Positions 1 through 6,162 of a DNA stretch of 64,000 nt are shown here, one piece after another. The translations under genes and the position numbers were made by a program. Positions within the stretch are counted from its first letter, which is position 1. Every line of letters begins with the position of its first letter. The stretch lies in the IMG/VR virus record IMGVR_UViG_3300023174_000045, positions 161,081 to 225,080 of that record; one strand, written 5' to 3'. The notes under the pieces were generated by a model that did no database searches, was not told the origin of the DNA, and saw nothing but the letters and a program-made list of their open reading frames with translations.

Positions 1-2
1 TT

Positions 3-158
3 AGAGATTGCAACGAAGACTACATGAACTGGTACTGCTCAGGCATTGGTCCCAAAGAAGACACTGAGTTTGTGGGCGAAGGCACAGTCACAGACGAAAT
101 AGCCGCAGATTTGGCACTCCTGGGATGGCGTGTGATTGAAGATCCCGACAGCGAATAA
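3..158 (+). CDS. 3' end of hypothetical phage protein (partial)
   Basis: Open frame RDCNEDYMNWYCSGIG...EGTVTDEIAADLALLGW ending TAA at 156-158, translated by hand. Confidence 0.7.
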   Translation, partial: RDCNEDYMNWYCSGIGPKEDTEFVGEGTVTDEIAADLALLGWRVIEDPDSE

Positions 159-162
159 CAGC

Positions 163-780
163 ATGTACAAATACACCAATGCTACCCCCGATTGGCTGTA
201 TCAACAGCCAAATTTAAGTGTTGATGCATTACCGATTATCAAAAAAGAATTACTAACATTGTTTGAGTTGAGCAAAGAATTCAGTTTGGTTCCTTATACC
301 AGCACATACATGGAAACGGGCAACAACGAGTTCATAGATCAGTACTGTCCAACATTGTGCAAAGAATTGAAAAAATTAAACCTACGAGATTCACTCAAGG
401 TATTGGCATTTATTTCTGTTGTGATAGACAAACATTTTCCCGCCCATGTAGACGCTGAGTCAGAAGTGGCGTTGAATATTCCTTTGATCAACTGCGATGG
501 TACCTATACTGTTTGGTACGACGGCCAGACACAGTCAAAAGAATTTGACGATTATTTGATAGGCGTAGAATCTGCAAGAACTGCAATAGAAGGAACTGCT
601 GATAGTTTGATAGAAATTGATCGCTGCGAGGCCAACGTACCACGTTGGATCAATGTGAATGTGTTGCATAGACCTGAAACACAGCATGACAAATTAAGAG
701 TTGCGGCTAGTTTGCGTTTTGATCCCGAACCATTGGACAATCATAGGCAGCTTTGGTCGCATTTGACAGTGTCAAAATGA
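163..780 (+). CDS. Cupin / 2OG-Fe(II) oxygenase-like protein
   Basis: HxD (HVD), ALNIP, distal H (VLHRP) and RxxxSLRF pattern; shared with ORFs at 16114 and 28425. ATG 163 preferred to TTG 136. Confidence 0.55.
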   Translation: MYKYTNATPDWLYQQPNLSVDALPIIKKELLTLFELSKEFSLVPYTSTYMETGNNEFIDQYCPTLCKELKKLNLRDSLKVLAFISVVIDKHFPAHVDAESEVALNIPLINCDGTYTVWYDGQTQSKEFDDYLIGVESARTAIEGTADSLIEIDRCEANVPRWINVNVLHRPETQHDKLRVAASLRFDPEPLDNHRQLWSHLTVSK

Positions 781-791
781 ACATGTTGAAA

Positions 792-820
792 TTGACTGTA
801 AACTTGTGTTTTGTTATAAT
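792..820 (+). promoter_or_regulatory. sigma70-type promoter
   Basis: TTGACT-17 nt-TATAAT. Confidence 0.65.
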
Positions 821-912
821 ACTAGCAGTGACGTTCACAAGCTATCAAAATCTAGCTGTAGACATCGGTCAAGCCTGGAGTTTGTGTAAATAACAGTCAA
901 CCGGAGACTGCT

Positions 913-1068
913 ATGAATTTGGTCAAATATCGAGATGCTGAGATGTGGACGTATACTTGGTTTTATGTGGGTGATACCGGACACATTGTGAGTCCGTATT
1001 TTGAAACAGAAAAACAAGCTCAGGAGTGGTTTGATCAAATTTTTGAAGGTGTTGAGGAGCAGTTATGA
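913..1068 (+). CDS. Small hypothetical protein (51 aa, not in ORF track)
   Basis: GGAG RBS, MNLVKYRDAEMWTYTWFY...EEQL*, ATGA overlap with next gene. Confidence 0.7.
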   Translation: MNLVKYRDAEMWTYTWFYVGDTGHIVSPYFETEKQAQEWFDQIFEGVEEQL

Positions 1069-1457
1069 AAAAAGTGTTATTTGGTTTGTTATTGGTATCT
1101 GGTACAGTTCTGGCACAAGATGTGTATGTGGTGGGCGCCCAGCCCAGGTATGTTACTGTGCAACAACAACAATGTCATGTAGTCAACGTGACTGAAAACA
1201 ACAGCGGCGTTGGCACTGTGATTGGTGCTGTGGCTGGTGGTGTAATCGGACATCAAGTGGGTCGTGGGTTTGGTCGCGATGTGGCCACTGTGTTGGGCAC
1301 CGGCATTGGCGCTTCGGTGGGACAACGCATTGGACAAGATCAACAACAAACAGTGACCAAGCAAGTTTGTGACATGGTACCAGTTGTCATACAACAAGGT
1401 GAAACTGTGACATTTAATTACAAGGGACGAGTGTTTACACAAGTTTTTGGTAATTAA
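1065..1457 (+). CDS. Glycine-zipper 2TM secreted/membrane protein
   Basis: Signal peptide and GTVIGAVAGGVIGHQVGRGFGRDVATVLGTGIGASVG motif. Confidence 0.85.
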   Translation: MKKVLFGLLLVSGTVLAQDVYVVGAQPRYVTVQQQQCHVVNVTENNSGVGTVIGAVAGGVIGHQVGRGFGRDVATVLGTGIGASVGQRIGQDQQQTVTKQVCDMVPVVIQQGETVTFNYKGRVFTQVFGN

Positions 1458-1458
1458 A

Positions 1459-1850
1459 GTTATTGCTGTATGAAGCCGAGAGAAAAGTGTTCTGGACGGG
1501 GGTGCGAATCCCCCCAGGTCCACCATAAAGAAATTTGATGAAACCAAAAAAAGTAAAACAGTATTTTGTTATAGTAGACAAAGATGACACAGTAAAAAGA
1601 GTGTGTTGGGCACCTTTACTGTGGGATATTCCTAACCTGGGATATCGTTTTACAGGATTTGACGGTGGTATTCCAAAGTTTCTTTATGTCGGGCCTGCAT
1701 AGTTTCGACAGGGCAACAAGTAACAGAGTGGACAGCACGGTAGGCGATGACCGTTAATCAAGCAAAAAACGTAAATGCAAACGACGAACAGTTCGCTTTG
1801 GCAGCCTAAACACTGCCTAGGGTAGGAAATACCTCGTAACAGAAACAACC
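1459..1850 (+). ncRNA. ssrA: Circularly permuted two-piece tmRNA: acceptor piece ~1459-1525, intervening segment 1526-1690, coding piece 1691-~1850
   Basis: T-arm and CAGGTCC-A-CCA end at 1525; 5' strand GGGCCTG at 1691 forms acceptor stem with G3.U70; tag ANDEQFALAA* at 1777-1809. Outer ends approximate. Confidence 0.92.
1538..1702 (+). CDS. 54-aa ORF inside the tmRNA intervening segment
   Basis: MKPKKVKQYFVIVDKDDTVKRVCWAPLLWDIPNLGYRFTGFDGGIPKFLYVGPA*; stop lies 10-12 nt inside the coding piece; no strong RBS. Confidence 0.5.
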   Translation: MKPKKVKQYFVIVDKDDTVKRVCWAPLLWDIPNLGYRFTGFDGGIPKFLYVGPA

Positions 1851-1851
1851 C

Positions 1852-1873
1852 AAAAGGCCTTGACGGGCCTTTT
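1852..1873 (+). terminator. Intrinsic terminator after tmRNA
   Basis: AAAAGGCC-ttgacg-GGCCTTTT; the loop doubles as the -35 of promoter TTGACG-17-TATACT (1860-1888). Confidence 0.75.
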
Positions 1874-1908
1874 GTCTTTGTGTATACTACACTATTGAGG
1901 AGAACAAC

Positions 1909-2100
1909 ATGAGCAAAGGCACACGACCCCGTCCGTCAGTGGTCAGTCAACAAGAACTGGCTGCAAGGCACGAAGCCATATTTGGCCGGAAGCCACCACG
2001 AGAACGTTATGTTCCGCCACCCTTGCCACCTGAACTGGCAGGACCCAGTTCTTTTGAACAGCAGTTGGGCACCACAAAACTTCCGCCCGGAAGAACATAA
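1909..2100 (+). CDS. Small Pro-rich hypothetical protein
   Basis: GAGGAG RBS and upstream promoter. Confidence 0.7.
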   Translation: MSKGTRPRPSVVSQQELAARHEAIFGRKPPRERYVPPPLPPELAGPSSFEQQLGTTKLPPGRT

Positions 2101-2125
2101 ATTGGCAAAAGACATTTAAAAATCG

Positions 2126-2154
2126 TTGACTTTCTTTCATTCATCATATATAAT
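2126..2154 (+). promoter_or_regulatory. sigma70 promoter for leader peptide 1 (leaderless)
   Basis: TTGACT-17-TATAAT, ATG 5 nt downstream. Confidence 0.8.
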
Positions 2155-2159
2155 ACACT

Positions 2160-2267
2160 ATGAACAAGCAAAACGCCCAACTGTCCTTTGAGATACCCTC
2201 ACATGATTTACACGATTATGCACGTGAGGCGCTGGCCTATACTAACAGCGGGTGGAGCGGTACCTAA
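2160..2267 (+). CDS. Putative leader peptide 1 (35 aa)
   Basis: MNKQNAQLSFEIPSHDLHDYAREALAYTNSGWSGT*; 3' end can pair with the downstream terminator arm. Confidence 0.55.
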   Translation: MNKQNAQLSFEIPSHDLHDYAREALAYTNSGWSGT

Positions 2268-2287
2268 TACAAAAGTACTACTCAAGC

Positions 2288-2320
2288 AAAAACCCGCCAC
2301 CTAGGCGGGTTTTTCTTTTT
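2288..2320 (+). terminator. Intrinsic terminator / possible attenuator 1
   Basis: AAAAACCCGCC-accta-GGCGGGTTTTT followed by more T. Confidence 0.85.
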
Positions 2321-2324
2321 GTGC

Positions 2325-2468
2325 TAGACCAATAATGGGATAGGTGTTATACTAGAGACTAGTTAGGAAAGCAACACAGCAAAGTTTGCAAAGACCCTAC
2401 AAAGCGAAGGGATTTTGCAAAACAAGTTGACCAGAATAGCACAAGGTGTTATACTAGAGACTAGTTAG
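2325..2468 (+). promoter_or_regulatory. Tandem duplicated promoters upstream of the tRNA array
   Basis: TAGACC-17-TATACT (2325-2353) and TTGACC-17-TATACT (2427-2455); 25-nt direct repeat AGGTGTTATACTAGAGACTAGTTAG at 2342 and 2444. Confidence 0.75.
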
Positions 2469-2651
2469 AAAGCAAGGCGGTCCTCGAATGTAAGAACCCA
2501 CGCAGAAATGCAAAAAGGGTTGGAACCAAGGGACACGAAGCGAGTTTGTAGACTCGGCCTCCGCAGGTTAAAACAGCACAGTCGATCGAGACTAGTTGAA
2601 AGGTTCGTTAAAATTTTGATTGTCATGTAGTCCCTGTCTAGTTACAGGGTA

Positions 2652-2883
2652 CTATATGTAAACACATTAGGGTTACCTAGCCGTTAGGGGTGAACGAAGG
2701 CCAGACAGCGCAAGCCGGATACCCATGAAGCAGGAGGGTTCTACAGTATGACGAGACACCATCGAGTCAAAGGGCAAGAACTATCAAACTCCAGGAAGGC
2801 GACGGAACAACTGGGCCCGTAATGAGGTCTTGACGCAAGTTGGTGATGCGTGTCAAGAACTTCCCTAATGTATTTTCATATAG
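2652..2883 (+). ncRNA. Unidentified structured RNA closed by a ~20-bp stem
   Basis: 2652-2672 pairs with 2863-2883; internal hairpins; no ORF in the track. Confidence 0.55.
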
Positions 2884-2886
2884 CAT

Positions 2887-2962
2887 GCACGGTTCGTCTA
2901 TCGGTTTAGGACACTAGCCTTTCACGTTAGTAAGACGGGTTCGATTCCCGTACCGTGTACCA
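2887..2962 (+). tRNA. tRNA-Glu(TTC)
   Basis: Cloverleaf, loop CTTTCAC, encoded CCA. Confidence 0.92.
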
Positions 2963-3128
2963 AGTTGTCGAGGAACTCCATCCTTAAACGGGGGGCAACA
3001 CTGGGCCTACGAAGTGGGTGATTGCAAAAACCAGAAAGAGCAACGTTGACATTGACGAAAAAATGTCTTACGATGAATAAACGTCCTAATAGGGGCTTGT
3101 CGACACACAAGTAGCCTGTACTAATTTT

Positions 3129-3214
3129 GGAGATGTGGCAGAGTGGTTGATTGCACCAGACTGTAAATCTGGCCCCTAAAAAGCGCGGTGGTTCGAATCC
3201 ATCCGTCTCCACCA
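3129..3214 (+). tRNA. tRNA-Tyr(GTA)
   Basis: Loop CTGTAAA, long variable arm, CCA. Confidence 0.93.
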
Positions 3215-3221
3215 ATTTTGT

Positions 3222-3377
3222 TTTTATAGTCAAGCATCGATACAGGTATCGTGTAAGGACGCTTACGCTATTCGGGTCCAACCGGCCGGGAACGGATCCT
3301 AATATAACTGCTATCGGCTGTTGCACTCTTAGCGGAGGACGCATAAATTGAGCATCTCTCGGTGCTTGACTATAAGA
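3222..3377 (+). ncRNA. Unidentified stem-closed RNA between Tyr and Asp tRNAs
   Basis: TTATAGTCAAGCATCGA pairs with TCGGTGCTTGACTATAA. Confidence 0.5.
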
Positions 3378-3381
3378 ATTT

Positions 3382-3457
3382 GGTCCTAAAGTGTTCATGG
3401 ACGCACGACGGCTTGTCACGCCGTAAGAGTGGGGATCGTTACCCCCTAGGACCGCCA
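3382..3457 (+). tRNA. tRNA-Asp(GTC), atypical T-loop
   Basis: Loop TTGTCAC, T-loop ATCGTTA, CCA. Confidence 0.88.
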
Positions 3458-3463
3458 AGTTTT

Positions 3464-3542
3464 GCAGATAATGGATAGGGCGGGCATCTATTGGTGCCTA
3501 ATACTAGTTGCCGCAGAGGTTCGAGTCCTCTGGTCTGCACCA
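3464..3542 (+). tRNA. Aberrant tRNA-like RNA, possible CTA anticodon
   Basis: Acceptor stem, GGTTCGAGTCC T-arm and ACCA end; 6-bp D-like stem; weak anticodon stem with loop GCCTAAT. Confidence 0.5.
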
Positions 3543-3547
3543 AGTTT

Positions 3548-3647
3548 TTGCGTTATAGTATAGTGGCCAGTACGCAAGGGCCCACACAATGAAAATTGTA
3601 TGGTGGGAATTGCCAGTGTAGCGATGGTTCGATTCCATCTAACGCAA
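3548..3647 (+). ncRNA. tRNA-like RNA with the anticodon arm replaced by a long GAAA-capped helix
   Basis: TTGCGTTA/TAACGCAA acceptor stem, normal D-arm and GGTTCGATTCC T-arm, no CCA. Confidence 0.6.
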
Positions 3648-3653
3648 TATCAT

Positions 3654-3871
3654 TTTTGAGAGTGTCAGCAAGCGCAGTCACGCTATCTAGGTAAGTTCGA
3701 ACTACCGAAATAGTAAAAGGGGACGGGTTCAACTCCCGGGGGATCGGAAGATCCCTGCAGATTGGTTGCTAACTGGACAGGTACCCAAGTGATATCCATC
3801 GCGAGCGAGGTCAGGCTAGGCGGCCGGTAGGTCCTGAATAAATCTACGATAAAAGTGACGTAGGCTCTCAA
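3654..3871 (+). ncRNA. Unidentified multi-stem RNA with T-loop and GNRA hairpins
   Basis: TTTGAGAG/CTCTCAAA closing stem, GTCAC/GTGAC, CGGGTTCAACTCCCG, GGGATC-GGAA-GATCCC. Confidence 0.6.
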
Positions 3872-3880
3872 ATTCAATCG

Positions 3881-3957
3881 GCGACCATAGCTCATTTGGA
3901 TAGAGCACTGTGCTACGAACGCAGGGGTGGGAGGTTCGAATCCTTCTGGTCGCGCCA
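3881..3957 (+). tRNA. tRNA-Arg(ACG)
   Basis: Loop CTACGAA, CCA. Confidence 0.93.
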
Positions 3958-4050
3958 TGTAAAAACACTCTAAACTGGACGCAGGATCTGAGAAGGTTGA
4001 ACGTAGGTTGATCACTACTAGTAAGCTGGAGATCAAGAGTGTTTCTACAT

Positions 4051-4127
4051 GGTGCGTGTCGTCAAGCGGTCAAGACCTCGGATTGTGATTCCGATATGCG
4101 TGGGTTCGAATCCCATCATGCACCCCA
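4051..4127 (+). tRNA. tRNA-His(GTG)
   Basis: Loop TTGTGAT, G-1:C73, CCA. Confidence 0.93.
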
Positions 4128-4150
4128 ACACAAGATAAATAAAAGAATAA

Positions 4151-4225
4151 CGCGGGGTAGAGAAGCAGTAACTCGTTAGGCTCATAACCTAAAGATCGGC
4201 GGTGCGAATCCGTCCTCCGCAACCA
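4151..4225 (+). tRNA. tRNA-fMet(CAT)
   Basis: CGCGGGG start, C1:A72 mismatch, loop CTCATAA. Confidence 0.9.
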
Positions 4226-4241
4226 AATTTTAGGAGTTTTT

Positions 4242-4649
4242 ATGATAGCAATTAACACGGTAATAAAACCGATGGTGGGCCACGAACAAGAAGCAATTGA
4301 CAATTTCTATACTTTTCATAAATCACCACACCCGGAGTTATTTGAATTTTTTAAAGAGTTTGTGGATCAAAATTTAATTTTGAATACGATGTTTTGGCAG
4401 CCATATGATGACCGAAATCTCAATCATTTGCTTAGATACTATGCTGTCAATATGGAAAATGCCGAAATTTTTCAAGAAAAATTATTGAGTGAGTCTGCAG
4501 ATTTTTCAATGAAAAAATTCTGGGATCAAAATAAATTTGACTATTCAATTGAGTTGACAGAAATAAACTTTGATGAAGAATTTCCACAATACTATGTTGT
4601 AGATAATGAGTCTGGTGGAGTTTGGGGAGACGTTTGGCCATTGCTTTGA
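4242..4649 (+). CDS. Hypothetical acidic protein (paralogue of next gene)
   Basis: AGGAG RBS; FFxExxDQNLI, AEIFxEK and FSMKxFW shared with next ORF. Confidence 0.8.
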   Translation: MIAINTVIKPMVGHEQEAIDNFYTFHKSPHPELFEFFKEFVDQNLILNTMFWQPYDDRNLNHLLRYYAVNMENAEIFQEKLLSESADFSMKKFWDQNKFDYSIELTEINFDEEFPQYYVVDNESGGVWGDVWPLL

Positions 4650-5128
4650 TATGCGTTGAAGTTTATTGCAGGCCAACAAAAAAATGTGATTTTGTTGCTG
4701 TTCGATCGTGGACAGAATTTATATGTGCTGAGTATCCAGCGATGTTTGACTTCTTTCAAGAGTGCATTGATCAAAATTTAATTGTGAACAAATTTGCATT
4801 AAATGTAGATGGAGTTACAGACTTATGGAAATACTACTCCTCCAATCAAACTCAAGCTGAAATTTTTCTTGAAAAATTTAAAAATATGCCTTTGAATTTT
4901 TCTAAAGAGAAGTTTTCAATGAAAGAATTTTGGAATCGTTATGAGTTTGAAATTGATATGTCACTCAAAGAAATAGATTTTGACAACGAAAAAGAATTAT
5001 TTGATTTGATAAACAAAGACACCGGTGAGATGTGGGCTACTACATTTCCATTAGGTGGACCGCTTGATAATTATTACCAGTTAGAAAAACATTTTCAGCC
5101 ACAGTGGTTGACAACAAAAGATAAATAA
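4646..5128 (+). CDS. Hypothetical protein (paralogue of previous gene)
   Basis: TTG start overlapping the upstream stop inferred from alignment to the paralogue. Confidence 0.75.
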   Translation: MICVEVYCRPTKKCDFVAVRSWTEFICAEYPAMFDFFQECIDQNLIVNKFALNVDGVTDLWKYYSSNQTQAEIFLEKFKNMPLNFSKEKFSMKEFWNRYEFEIDMSLKEIDFDNEKELFDLINKDTGEMWATTFPLGGPLDNYYQLEKHFQPQWLTTKDK

Positions 5129-5136
5129 ACTATAAT
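5108..5136 (+). promoter_or_regulatory. Consensus sigma70 promoter for leader peptide 2
   Basis: TTGACA-17-TATAAT. Confidence 0.88.
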
Positions 5137-5143
5137 AGGAACT

Positions 5144-5254
5144 ATGATGAAACAACAATTCTGTTCAATGTCCAAGCCCCAAACACTCCAGGCAACAACC
5201 TGGCTGTTGGCCAATGGCTCATTCAACAGCATTCCAGGAGAACCGGGGTTCTGA
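5144..5254 (+). CDS. Putative leader peptide 2 (36 aa)
   Basis: MMKQQFCSMSKPQTLQATTWLLANGSFNSIPGEPGF*; last codons form the antiterminator strand. Confidence 0.65.
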   Translation: MMKQQFCSMSKPQTLQATTWLLANGSFNSIPGEPGF

Positions 5255-5311
5255 TTAGACTATATTCGTATACCTAACAAGAACCCCGGAACTAAACACT
5301 CCGGGGTTTTT
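5243..5311 (+). terminator. Attenuator: mutually exclusive antiterminator and terminator
   Basis: CCGGGGTTCT(5243-52)/AGAACCCCGG(5280-89) competes with AACCCCGGA(5282-90)/TCCGGGGTT(5300-08) plus T tract. Confidence 0.78.
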
Positions 5312-5508
5312 CATTTAGTGCAACGGCAACGCGAGCCGGTATCACTCTAAACTACAAATGTGGGCGGCCCGGAGGATGGGAAGCTGGTGGTGAAAACGCC
5401 AGTGGTAAAATTCCGGAGTATCGAAGCATTCTCGGGCCTTGGGGCAAGTGGGTTCATCCATGAAGAGTGCTTCGATACACACATTGGCAACAGTGTGTTG
5501 AAATTTAT

Positions 5509-5582
5509 TCCGGTGTAGTATAATGGCAGTGCGGCGGTCTCCAAAACCGTTAGTGGGAGTTCGATTCTCTCCACCGGAGCCA
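5509..5582 (+). tRNA. tRNA-Trp(CCA)
   Basis: Loop CTCCAAA, CCA end. Confidence 0.92.
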
Positions 5583-5589
5583 AGTTAAT

Positions 5590-5664
5590 GGGGGGTTGGT
5601 GCTAACGGGAACACATGTGCTTTGCAAGCATGAGTTAAGGGTTCGATTCCCTTACCCTCCACCA
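5590..5664 (+). tRNA. tRNA-Ala(TGC)
   Basis: Loop TTTGCAA, G3.U70. Confidence 0.92.
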
Positions 5665-5686
5665 TAGTCAGTATAAGTATTCACAA

Positions 5687-5776
5687 GGTGCGGTCCTATA
5701 ATGGTATTAGAGCAGATTGCTAATCTGTCGCTCGGCGTAATCCGGGTTCTGAGTTCGAGTCTCAGTCGCACCGCCA
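5687..5776 (+). tRNA. tRNA-Ser(GCT)
   Basis: Loop TTGCTAA, long variable arm. Confidence 0.9.
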
Positions 5777-5783
5777 AGAACAT

Positions 5784-5859
5784 TCCCTCGTAGCACAGCG
5801 GTAGTTGCGCTTCACTGTTAATGAAGATGTCGTTCGTTCGATCCGAACCGAGGGAGCCA
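5784..5859 (+). tRNA. tRNA-Asn(GTT)
   Basis: Loop CTGTTAA. Confidence 0.92.
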
Positions 5860-5877
5860 AATAAAAAAGGAAACGCA

Positions 5878-6060
5878 ATGTCAGCATTTAACACACACAA
5901 CGACCCATTGAAACACAAGACTGGTAAGCCCAGACTTGGTCCAATGAATGTAGAACAGTTGACCCGACTGTTGGAGAGTGCCAGACCCAAACATCGTGCA
6001 AAGATTCAACGTGCCTTGGACTACAAGAAAACAATTCAAAAGATCATAGCAAAGGCTTGA
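5878..6060 (+). CDS. Small basic hypothetical protein
   Basis: AAGGA RBS, MSAFNTHNDPLKHKTGKPRLGP... Confidence 0.75.
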   Translation: MSAFNTHNDPLKHKTGKPRLGPMNVEQLTRLLESARPKHRAKIQRALDYKKTIQKIIAKA

Positions 6061-6065
6061 TATCC

Positions 6066-6139
6066 GCCCTACTAGTATAATGGCATTACACTGGTTTTGT
6101 AATCCTGTGATGGCAGTTCGATTCTGTCGTGGGGCACCA
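6066..6139 (+). tRNA. tRNA-Thr(TGT)
   Basis: Loop TTTGTAA; anticodon stem has two mismatches. Confidence 0.82.
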
Positions 6140-6162
6140 AATTTTTACAAAGGAGATCTGTC

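Noticed and set aside
1089-1547. 152-aa minus-strand ORF over the glycine-zipper gene and tmRNA
   Set aside because: Antisense shadow of better-supported features
2500-2590. GGGACACGAAGC resembling the c-di-GMP-I (GEMM) riboswitch core
   Set aside because: The flanking GGCAAACC/GAAA P2 and P3 elements are not recognisable and no regulated CDS follows
3464-3542. Amber stop-codon reassignment of the genome
   Set aside because: Long ORFs are intact in code 11 and TAG ends several well-bounded genes
3972-4035. Hammerhead ribozyme in the Arg-His spacer (CTGAGAAG)
   Set aside because: No CUGANGA plus GAAA core with three flanking helices
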